Assembly: GCA_051294375.1 (NCBI GenBank)
Contig: CM119271.1
Span: forward strand, 1,110,721-1,174,720
Source of the DNA: Paraspadella gotoi
Taxonomy: Eukaryota > Animalia > Chaetognatha
DNA: 64,000 bases
Direction of reading: 5' to 3'
Shown here in pieces: positions 1-11,320 of this stretch; within the stretch, counting starts at the first letter, position 1, and the number at the start of each line of letters is the position of its first letter. The position numbers and the translations under genes are program-made. Under the pieces are notes generated by a model that did not search any database, was not told the origin of the DNA, and was given only the letters and a program-made list of their open reading frames with translations.

Positions 1-2000
1 AACCATCTTGTTAAGAAAAACATTTCCCATTATAAACCTTGTTACTTTCTCTCTTTCAGTTTAACAAACATTTGTAAGTACGTATACATGTAAATGAATA
101 AAACTGTTAACTGAAAATCATATCAGCTTATTGTTAATTTTTCGTTTTCGGTTTTTAAATGTAATATTTAAGTTTGTGGAAATGTAACAAGGCATGAAAT
201 GGATTGATCAATCTGTTTCTTGCGTCTGTACACTATTTGTAAGCATCAATTCCAGTTAAATGAGCTACACTAAAAAAAGTTCGGTTGCCAACAAACAAAA
301 GCTGAGGCCAACCACTAAAGGGATGCCATTCAAGGGGGAAATGGAATGGAAAGTTCCAGCTGAGGAAGGAGTGGCATTCGCCTTTGTCGCTTTCATCAAA
401 AATCGTTAAAAACTCGATCAGTTTAGAAAAAGGGATTTTTGGGCGGGTTGTAACAACACTNNNNNNNNNNNNNNNNNNNNNNNNNNNNNNNNNNNNNNNN
501 NNNNNNNNNNNNNNNNNNNNNNNNNNNNNNNNNNNNNNNNNNNNNNNNNNNNNNNNNNNNNNNNNNNNNNNNNNNNNNNNNNNNNNNNNNNNNNNNNNNN
601 NNNNNNNNNNNNNNNNNNNNNNNNNNNNNNNNNNNNNNNNNNNNNNNNNNNNNNNNNNNNNNNNNNNNNNNNNNNNNNNNNNNNNNNNNNNNNNNNNNNN
701 NNNNNNNNNNNNNNNNNNNNNNNNNNNNNNNNNNNNNNNNNNNNNNNNNNNNNNNNNNNNNNNNNNNNNNNNNNNNNNNNNNTTTTCCTACACAACCCAC
801 GGTTTCTCTTAAATTTATCTTTTATCTCCGCATATATGGCGTGTGTGACCTTGAGTGTGAGCGAGTAAGACCTTGAGTGTGACCACTTGTGTTCATGGCG
901 CTAAAAACACGGATCGTTAATATTTTATTTGGTGCTAAAATAGAAATAATCTCGATCTTTAGCGGCAACTGTTATCAATTTTATTTCTCTCGTCCCATAT
1001 ATTCATTTCTCTCTCTCTCTCTCTCTCTCTCTCNNNNNNNNNNNNNNNNNNNNNNNNNNNNNNNNNNNNNNNNNNNNNNNNNNNNNNNNNNNNNNNNNNN
1101 NNNNNNNNNNNNNNNNNNNNNNNNNNNNNNNNNNNNNNNNNNNNNNNNNNNNNNNNNNNNNNNNNNNNNNNNNNNNNNNNNNNNNNNNNNNNNNNNNNNN
1201 NNNNNNNNNNNNNNNNNNNNNNNNNNNNNNNNNNNNNNNNNNNNNNNNNNCGCTGGTTTCTGCTCATAAAAAATGTGGTTCAATTCCTTTCGACGCTTTT
1301 ATTTTTCCAACGAAGTTTTTACTTTCGTTTAAAGAAAAACTTTTCGCGTTTGATGACGAGAAAAACGAATTTCAATTATTTTACGATCATTTTTTTTTCT
1401 TTCGCTCAATTTATAGATATAATAGTATTTAAAATTCTTACTTCTTTCTTTCTCTTGTTTATTTTATTTGTCTATCTTTATGCATATTTTCTTTTAAAAC
1501 TCATAATTTGAAACGTTAGAAAAGTAATATTTCATTTTGGTTGTACCGACTTCTTTAAAATATTGACCCATTGTTGTTTCTGAAGACTAAGAAAATCGCC
1601 CAAAACCAAGAATTTTCGCTTTTTGAACAATTTTCTTCGCAATTTTTTTTTTTTAATCATGGATTTTTCTTTTTGTTTCTCGAGTTCGTGTGTGGGCTTT
1701 CAACTTCGGGCATTAAATTTTCTTTTCACCATGAGTGATTTTTTGGCTTTTAAAAATTGTTGTTTCCATTTATAAATAATACTTTTATTATTAAATTTCA
1801 TATTTTTCTGCTGCCGCGACAACAGAGTCTCCGCTGCTCCTGCTGCTCCTGCTGCCCCAGCGGCATTAAATCTCCCAAGTGCTCCGCCGATTATAAAGAC
1901 GGCAGCCTCGAGACGACTCCACCTGTCAATTTCAAGGCACCTCCCTCTCAGCCAACCTTACCCCACCCGTCCCCACCTCCAACCCTTACCCTGAGAGACC

Positions 2001-2046
2001 CGCCAGTCACCGCCAGTCACCGCCAGTCACCGCCAGTCACCGCCAG
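2001..2046. repeat. 10-bp tandem repeat CGCCAGTCAC x4.6
   Basis: Directly visible. Confidence 0.9.
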
Positions 2047-2062
2047 CCTCTTGACCGACATT

Positions 2063-3332
2063 TTAGGTCGACGCCCCTTTGGCGGACGAGGTCTTTGCTG
2101 AAGAGACGTCGTCGTCGTCGTCAGCATCGTCGTCATTGTCGTTGACGTCGTCGTTATCGTTATAGTTGTCGTCGTGATCGTCGTCGTCGTCGTCCTTTAC
2201 TTCTTCCTCATCGTCGTCGTCATCTTTCTCGTCTTCGTCATCGTCATCGTCGTCATCGTCGTCGTCTCCCCACCAAAAAGGAGACCGACTGATCTTTTGT
2301 TTATTTTCCTCTTGGTTTTCGTTTGTTTTCGATTCCGTTTTGTCGCGGGAATCGAACCTCGGACCTTGATGTCTGGACTGACGGTAGCAAGAAGTGACTT
2401 GGAATTGTTTTGTTTCCTTCAAAACCTTTTGTACGTTTAGTTTTTGTCGCTTGGTGGTCGGTCGGTCTGTCGGACAATATGTCGGGTTTTTCGGTCAGTT
2501 TCTCCCTCACTTAACTTATGCCTCAATCTCTCTGATCTCTAACTCTCTCTCTTTTTTAATTTCTCTCCATCCTCTCTCTTTCCTCCCTCTTTATCTCTTT
2601 CTCTCTTTCTTTATTTCAATCCATCTCCCCCCCTCTCTCTCTCTCTCTCTTCCTCTCCCTCTCTCTCTCACTCTCTCTCATCCCTCGCTTAACCTTCAAC
2701 CTTCTCCCTTATTCCCTCTCATTCTCCTTTCTTAAATTTTCCCGCGGTCTCTTAATGAAATAGTAAACGTTTTTTAAAAGATTAACTAGGATATCGATTC
2801 CCTTTTCTAATTCTCTTCCTATGCATTAAACTTTTTTTTGGAAAAAACGAATAGTTTAAATCTTTAAACTAATTTACATATTGAAGTAAATTAAAAAACA
2901 GAAACTCCTGTTGTGAGGATATTTTTTTTATTTTTGTTCCGAGTAACCTCCAATTGAGTTAATTCAGTGTAATACTGAGAGATTTGGTACCGGATGTAAT
3001 TCGGATAAGGAGTTGAGTCCGTCCCTCCTTCGTTTGGGCACGAAATCAAAAGAGGGCACGTTCTAACAAAGATAAATAAAAACCTAAAAAAACTTGTTAT
3101 TCCTTCAAATTTTAACTTTTTTTCTGCTGTATTCTTGGGTGATTTTTTTATCGAAAACCTGCCGTGGATGATTCTGTGGTCCCAATGGAATCGTGGATGA
3201 TTCTGTGGTCCCAATGGAATCGTGGGTGATTCTGTGGTCGCGATGGAATCGTGGGTGAAATTCGGAACAGAAGAACATCGCGACCTCGGAATCTGATCTC
3301 GTTGGAGAAGAAGAAAACTTAATCCCTTAAAG

Positions 3333-3368
<36 letters not shown>

Positions 3369-4470
3369 NNNNNNNNNNNNNNNNNNNNNNNNNNNNNNNN
3401 NNNNNNNNNNNNNNNNNNNNNNNNNNNNNNNNNNNNNNNNNNNNNNNNNNNNNNNNNNNNNNNNNNNNNNNNNNNNNNNNNNNNNNNNNNNNNNNNNNNN
3501 NNNNNNNNNNNNNNNNNNNNNNNNNNNNNNNNNNNNNNNNNNNNNNNNNNNNNNNNNNNNNNNNNNNNNNNNNNNNNNNNNNNNNNNNNNNNNNNNNNNN
3601 NNNNNNNNNNNNNNNNNGGATTGAAGACTGGGGACTGGGGATTGAAGACAGTGTGAATAAGATGATGTGGGGATGGAAGGCAGTGTGGGTATGAGAAGTG
3701 TAAACGTGTGCGAGATGGAGCTGAGTGAGTGAGGTGGGAATTTGGGGAGTCGTGGAAGTGTGATCTTCGCTTAGATCTTTTACGCAGANNNNNNNNNNNN
3801 NNNNNNNNNNNNNNNNNNNNNNNNNNNNNNNNNNNNNNNNNNNNNNNNNNNNNNNNNNNNNNNNNNNNNNNNNNNNNNNNNNNNNNNNNNNNNNNNNNNN
3901 NNNNNNNNNNNNNNNNNNNNNNNNNNNNNNNNNNNNNNNNNNNNNNNNNNNNNNNNNNNNNNNNNNNNNNNNNNNNNNNNNNNNNNNNNNNNNNNNNNNN
4001 NNNNNNNNNNNNNNNNNNNNNNNNNNNNNNNNNNNNNNNNNNNNNNNNNNNNNNNNNNNNNNNNNNNNNNNNNNNNNNNNNNNNNNNNNNNNNNNNNNNN
4101 NNNNNNNNNNNNNNNNNNNNNNNNNNNNNNNNNNNNNNNNNNNNNNNNNNTTTTAAAAAAAGTTTATTTTTTGTTTATTTTTAAACAAGCACCAAATCAT
4201 ATTTTTTATACCATCGCTGGCCCGCCCGTTATCCGTCCAAATTAGAACTTAAAATAAATTGTTTCTTTTTTTTTTCGAAAAGCTAAGAGTCGCGATGAAC
4301 GTTTAAAACATAAGCTGTTTTTTCGAGCCGAGTTCTAAACTCTACGTAAGTCTAAAGAACGATCGGCACTTTGTAACAAGATTTATTGATCAATTTGATT
4401 AATTCCAACAAGTAACTAACCTCAACAAGAGTCGGTCTTCAGAAAGAGCCGCCGAGTAGGATCTTTAAAA

Positions 4471-4506
<36 letters not shown>

Positions 4507-4875
4507 TTTAACAACAACAACGACAAATTCACAAACTACGAAATCACAACAACTACATCCAAAGACAAAAGCGAAAAATTCCGAATTTGATTTGACTAAA
4601 CGTTAAGAAAAACAAAAATGGAATCTAAAGAAAAACTTTTCTCTTGTTTTCATAATCTATTTCGGGGACATTTTGAGTTTCGGGTCCTCGTTTTGGGTCC
4701 TTGAAAAGTTAAATCGAATTGGAGCGAATTTGGACAAAAGAAAAGTCGATTTTGCCGCTCGCCCTTGTGAGACGCCGCCTCCATCGGATACCATGTCGCT
4801 GGCGAAGCCGCAGCCGTCAACGCAGGCGCAGCCGCCGTCGCAGTCGCAGGCCCAGCAACCATAAGACGCCGCCAT
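2063..4875 (-). CDS. Possible small divergent gene: Cys-rich exon 4792-4890 plus Asp-rich exon 2063-2293
   Basis: ttttccccag acceptor, MAASYGCWACDCDGGCACVDGCGFASDM|GT, then AAG|ISRSPFWWGDDDD...GAST*. Phases match. The acidic part could be a microsatellite. Confidence 0.3.
3163..3257. repeat. 29-bp tandem repeat, about 3.3 copies
   Basis: cgtggatgattctgtggtcccaatggaat units start at 3163, 3192, 3221 and 3250. Confidence 0.9.
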
Positions 4876-6164
4876 TACGAGGGTCTTTAACTGGGGAAAA
4901 TCGAAAGTAGCTTTCTTTTATTTTTAGAATACGTAAGAGCATGATAATTATTACATTTTGACGTTTACTTGTTTTGAAGGGAAATTAAATTAAATGCTCT
5001 TTCTATAAAACGAACTTTAAATCTTGCGCAATAATCTCATATTTATGTGTAAATGTCTGAAAAAAACTATTTAATCACTAAATAAGCTAGGTATTTTAAA
5101 AACAAACAAAATTCTTGGGTTTTTTATAATTAAATAATCCAAACAAAATTAAAGAATTTTGCCTTGAAGCAAATTCTTTTTAAAAAAACTTATTAAAACG
5201 TTAAATGTTATTCAAATAAACTTAATACGCGTATTCTTAAAACATTTTTTTTGACATAACCAGGCGGATTTATTTAAGATTTAGATTTTTTTTTCAAATA
5301 TTTTGATTTAAAGAAAAAGTGTTTTGACTCGAGCGCGTTTGTTGGCGCCGGAGTCGACTTGTCATAATAACCTGGACTTAATTTGGGATTTATTTCGGCG
5401 ACTTATTATTCCAAGTCATTATTAAAACACAGTAAGGCTTGCGACTTTCGACCGCCCCATAGGTCAAATTGGCATATATATGGCAGAATATATGGCTGTA
5501 TCTTGGAATAGCACGGTTAGCTTGATGAGCATTGGTTACTCACCCACTGACCTCAAGTTTTAGACTCACTCACTCACTCAAAAGGTCAACCCTTAGCGTT
5601 TCGATTTCACAAAATTACACGCACATTGAGGCGACTTAACATTATCATTTCGCACGCATTCTGCACTTATACGAGCACACAATGCCCCCTCTTGAATTAT
5701 TAAAGTTCGGAAAGACAAAACACAACGTCTTTTGTTTTCCAAAGTGGAATCCGCTAGAGGGTCAATCGATCTTCCTCTAATCGCTGCCTTAACGAGGTCC
5801 AGCTGTAGTCGTTATTACAGCGAAACATGATACTCTACTTTGTTTTTTGGACGAAACACCTTTTCATGCACTTCGATCTTTGTTTTCTTTGTTNNNNNNN
5901 NNNATTGTTCTTTTGTTTTTTGGTTTTTTTAGTTTATTTTGATTCGTTTGTCGAGTTTCTTCTTCTATTTTTTATTGCGGTTTTGATGATAAGATTTGTC
6001 CTTTTGTTCGTTCTGAGACGAGGGTTTTCTTTTTTGGGGGAAGGGGGGGGTTTCATCCCTCGCACTCTGCACTATGTAGTATGTACTGCATTGTATTCAG
6101 TATGCGCTTTAAACTCCTAAGCATTATGGCGATTGAAATCTTGCAAGGTTCCGCTCTGGAATTA

Positions 6165-6282
6165 CCTTGTAAAAGGGATGGATGGCCTTAACCCATCATA
6201 GTCTGTCCAAAGTCAGACGGATAGATAGCTTATGAAGTGAATGAATGAATAATTTCTATATTTGGTCTCACTAATTTCATAA
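6165..6282 (+). repeat. About 120-bp dispersed repeat, second copy at 38550-38663
   Basis: Both read gatgga(t)ggccttaa..ctgtccaaagtcag..agcttat..tgaatgaataattt..aatttcataa. Confidence 0.7.
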
Positions 6283-6831
6283 AAATAAAAATAATTCGTC
6301 ATCTCTCATCGGTTTTTTTCTCTCGCCAAGTCAGAGGAAACACGACTTGTGTTTCCTTAACCGCAAAACGATGTACTGACGAATTATTCTCCGTTTTAAT
6401 AGATTCACTTCTCGAGAAAAAAAAAAAGATAATTATTCTTTCGGCGGGAACAGAAGTAAATATATCGGGCGACCGCAAAAACCGCTAAATGCGATGGGAT
6501 CGCGAGAATACAGGGTGGTCTCCACGGGTTGCGTCGGATGGAGAAAAAGGGTTTTTATATTTGAGCGGTTTTATGAAACCGACTCTTATCATTATCCTGC
6601 GTAATTCTCAAACCCCCTCACCCCCTCACCCCCAGTTTATATCCACCACTACCTCTCCTCTCTCTTTTCTCTATGAAAAACTTTCTCTCTCGACTTTTTT
6701 TTAGAAAAATATTATTTTTTTCTCCAATTCTTTTTTTTTATATTTTCGTTCCGGTGATTTTTCTATCGTCGGTGATGAGATCGTTATTCTTAGCCTTTTG
6801 AAATTTGAAATGCAAACAAGAGAAGATTTAA

Positions 6832-6886
<55 letters not shown>

Positions 6887-7574
6887 GCGGTCCGACTTAC
6901 AGTCCTGCCTCCAAAGACTACCCCACGCCGCGTACCGTGAAAACCGTTTAAAAAGAAACCGCGAATCAATTTCCGCGACGCTTGAGTCCGAATGTTACGA
7001 CCGCACGTCTCTCGCTCTCTATCGTCTCGCTCTCATCGGAGCGCTGGCGCAGGATTCGATCTTTGGTGGAGCGGGTTGGAAGGAACTCCCCCTAGTTGTC
7101 TCTACTGGAGCCATTGAAGAAAACTGCCCAACACCCGAATGGTCTACTGTAGCGTAGTGGAGCGGAGTAGACCCGTCGCCATGATAAGGTGGAGCGGTTA
7201 TAGGACCTAACGTATTGGTTATGACGCTGGCCTTCTAAATTTAAATATTAGCTTTAAAATTATTGAAAACAAAATAGTATTTTCAAACAAGGATCTTCAC
7301 AAATTAGGAATGAAAACAAGAATTTAATTCGCATACAAAGACAAAGTCCACCCCAGCCCGGGACTAAACCAACCCGGCCCGGCCTCGCCCCCCCCCCACG
7401 CCCCACCACCTCTTTGTCTCGTCTCGACACAGATATTTAACATCGTTAGCAAAATAAATCTCTAAAAGCCTTTTTTTATAATGTACTAATCTCCCCACTC
7501 AATATACAGAGAGTAAAAGAAAAATCAGAATTTGCATCTTTAATTAAATGTTATTTTTTTGTTATTTGGTGGCT

Positions 7575-7653
7575 TCACTCTCTCTCTCTCTCTCTCTCTC
7601 TTCTTGACAGGCGAAGCGAGAAAAGGCACGCTCTCGGCACCTCGCGGATTTGC

Positions 7654-7705
<52 letters not shown>

Positions 7706-7732
7706 AGAAGAGAGAGAGAGAGAGAGAGAAGA

Positions 7733-7767
<35 letters not shown>

Positions 7768-7861
7768 TGGAATGAAAGGGGAAAAAATAGAAAGCAAATG
7801 AGAGAGAGAGAAGGAGAGAAAGGGGGAGAAAAGGAAAGTCGCAATCTGTCTGAAGAAGTTT

Positions 7862-7954
<93 letters not shown>

Positions 7955-8084
7955 CAAACCTGGAGTTTTTTCTTCCGTCTCAATTGGATTTGGACTTAAC
8001 TCTTTTTCTTTGCTTTTCAAATGAGAATCGAATGAAAGAATTTCTTCAAGAATGAGCCTGTCAAACAAAATCCAAAACCTAACA

Positions 8085-8159
<75 letters not shown>

Positions 8160-8216
8160 GGAAGAACATGATGACAATAGAGACTAAAGAAAAATGAAAC
8201 CAGGGTTAGGATGTAC

Positions 8217-8305
<89 letters not shown>

Positions 8306-8315
8306 GAGAGAGTCT
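7575..8315. repeat. Cluster of (AG)n/(CT)n microsatellites; similar tracts throughout (e.g. 6834-6882, 10015-10275, 10668-10758, 34235-34294, 56581-56630)
   Basis: Dinucleotide tracts. They produce the spurious ERER/SLSL ORFs. Confidence 0.95.
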
Positions 8316-8907
8316 CTCTCCCCCCGCTTGCTAACAAAAAGAAGTAAAAGATAACAGGAAAGAAAATAAAGAAAAGAAAAAAGAAAGAAAAACATCTGAG
8401 GGTGAAAAAAGTCTGCGAGCCGAGGGTTTGGCATTTCTTAAATTCGAGTTGATAAGAAAATAGAGACGAGGAGACGAATACGAGCGAAGGTCGGAACAAC
8501 AACAACAACAACTACTACCTTTTTTATTTCTTTTTTCTTCTTTTTTTTCTTTCTTTTTTGTTTTCAGGGTTAAATCGACTTCTGTGGTAAACTGACTAAA
8601 ATTAAACAGTTACCCTTTGAAGGGTGATATATTTTTAGGTAACTCGTAAGTCTAGACTCAACGAAATGTAAGTTTCCTCTTTCGAGTAATCAAGCGCAAT
8701 TAACTTTTGTTGGCCACTTCACGCTACGCCCTAATTTGGTCTTTTAAACAAACGCCACCGCCATTCATTCACAGCACGAACGTCTTGTCACCATAACCAC
8801 CAGCTAATCGTTCACGCCAGCGCCACATTTTCCAAGTTCACAGTAGCCTAAAACTAACAATTAACGCTTTGTTTCGTTCTCAGCTACGAAAACCGAAAGG
8901 TATTCTG

Positions 8908-9134
8908 GCACTATTTTCGGATAGCGCCCCGTTTCTGTTCGCTTTCACTAAACTTAATTTAATTTAAATGTATAACTATATTTTCTGATTAAATACTTAA
9001 CTTAATCCTTAACCATAATATATAACTCTAACCTAATCGTAAAACGTAATCCCTAATCTCTAACCCAAATACTTTTACATTTATTTAATTCTGAATTTAA
9101 ATCGAAATTGGGCGTTTTTCGAAAAGTATGTCCC
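8908..9134. mobile_element. MITE-like element with imperfect ~23-bp terminal inverted repeats and degenerate (CCTAAY)n core; related copies near 42597-42794 and 54256-54454
   Basis: ggcactattttcggatagcgccc ... gggcgtttttcgaaaagtatgtcc. Copies share gtttctgttc and the cctaac-like core. Confidence 0.5.
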
Positions 9135-9523
9135 CCAAAAAGGTATTCCAAGAATCGCACACGCCGGTTAAAAATTCAAAATAATGCGATTACGAAAATA
9201 GAAAAAAAAAAGTTTTTTGAGAAAACACTTAACGTTGGAGAGAGAAGGCGACATTGGGCTCGGACGATTGGCCGAGTACGAGCGGACAGTTAATACTTAA
9301 TGCTCTTACGAATTTTGACAAATCTTTTAAAGGCGGACGGATGAGATTGGAAAATTGGGAAGGGGGTTCGGAGGTGGTTTATTGGGGGAAAGGGGGTTGG
9401 TGGAAAAATGGGATTTTCAAAGGGCGTAATTGAGGGCAGAGACAGAGAGAGAGAGAGAGAGAGATGACAGGTGCGCAGAAAGGTCAAAATCTGATTTTTT
9501 TTTACTTAATTTTTTTTATTTCA

Positions 9524-9570
<47 letters not shown>

Positions 9571-10157
9571 TCTATCACTCTCTCTCCTCTCTAAAAAAAA
9601 TCAAGAAAATTATTTTTTCAAATAGTTTTTATAGAGAAGTAGTCAACTTCAACATTCTTCTTGCGGTCAATTAGTCCACGTGCCAAATGTCCAGACAATC
9701 TTCAAATTCTTTTCTTGAAATGAACCGTTTCATTCTAAACTATCACATCTTTTCTTTTCTTTTTACCTTTTTTTAAATTGATTTTTATTACTATTTTTTA
9801 TAAATCTTTTTAACATATTTTTTGTTTATAATTTGTTCTCGTCGAAATTATAACCGCGACGCCGGCAGTCTGACATTTTTGGTTAGAATTTCCTTTTTTT
9901 TTTAACTTTTTTTATTTTACCGGTGAGATTGATAAGATCACAAAATCTGACGACGACGACGAGGGGGGGTCTGATATATTTTGCACTTATTATTTTTACT
10001 ATTTTATTTCTCCATCTCCTCTCTCTCTCTATCTATCTTTCTCTTTCTTTCTCTTTCTTTCTCTCTCTCTCTCTCTCTTTCTTTCTCTCTTCTCTCTCTC
10101 TTCTTCTCTCTCTCTTTTTTTTCCTTTCTGCTTTCTCTCCTCTCTTCTCTTCTCTCT

Positions 10158-10277
<120 letters not shown>

Positions 10278-10664
10278 TTATCAAACTCTCCCTCAAATTC
10301 GATCTTCAGTTTTCAAAGCAAAAGTCACGAACTTCCAACGAACATTTGGCGATAAAAATCAGAGCGCCCACCCTGTTAGAACTCGTCGGGAAATAATTGG
10401 GTGCAGTTATTAATAATGATGATATAGTGCAAGTGATAGAATAACAAACTATTAAATAACAACTCTCACTTTTTTTAGTTTGAATCAAAAGGGTCCAAAA
10501 CTATAATGCACTTATATATTTAAAAATCTATGTAGTAACTTAATAACTTAATAAAAAAATCAGAATTATGTTTCCTTCGCTCTTTGTAATAGTGTGAAAT
10601 AGATTTGAAAAAATATATTCGATTCCGACAGAAAGATTTTCTCACATGGTCGGTGACAAGATTG

Positions 10665-10761
<97 letters not shown>

Positions 10762-11110
10762 TGGCGACTTTTGATCGAAGTGAAATACGAGATTAAGGGA
10801 AAGAGGATCGTTGAGATTGAAGACGTCATTTTATTAAAAAACGATTCTGTCCCCTTAAAACGATCGTGTCCCCTTAACGACCCAAATGTCTTTTAGTCTC
10901 TGGGGTCCTTTTTTGTCTCTTATGTGCTATAGTCTATAGTCTAGGCGCTAGGGAGACAAGACAAATGATAAACCTTGAGTTTAGTTATTAACCTTTTTTT
11001 TGTACAATCGAAATTCTCGTCGCCTGAAATCAACTTAAACTAATATTATTTAAATTTAGAAATAAAACGAAAAAAAAAAAATATATATTATATACATATA
11101 TATATATATA

Positions 11111-11193
<83 letters not shown>

Positions 11194-11194
11194 A
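11111..11194. repeat. (TAAA)n microsatellite; a longer degenerate tract lies at 24840-25210
   Basis: Directly visible. Confidence 0.95.
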
Positions 11195-11243
11195 TGTCAT
11201 TACAAATTAACCAAAATGCAACACCCCCTCATTATCCCCGCAG

Positions 11244-11320
11244 CAATCGGACTCGTGGCCGGGATGGTCGGATCAGTTCGGCTTCGGAAGTCGCGTCGAC
11301 GACCGCCGACCACCGACAGA
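11244..11320 (+). CDS. Putative early collagen IV exon ([25 protein letters not shown]), phase 0-2
   Basis: ccccgcag acceptor and GTAAGT donor. GC-rich island in AT-rich DNA. Phase fits the next two exons. Confidence 0.5.

Noticed and set aside
3163-3257. 29-bp repeats as a CRISPR array
   Set aside because: Head-to-tail with no spacers, eukaryotic context, no cas genes.
7146-7183. Minus-strand GDGSTPLHYA ankyrin-like motif
   Set aside because: Single short match with no following ankyrin consensus, and the frame closes soon after.
11216-11320. [20 protein letters not shown] as the collagen signal peptide
   Set aside because: Ends in phase 0, which I could not join in frame to the downstream exons. 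Not fully excluded.
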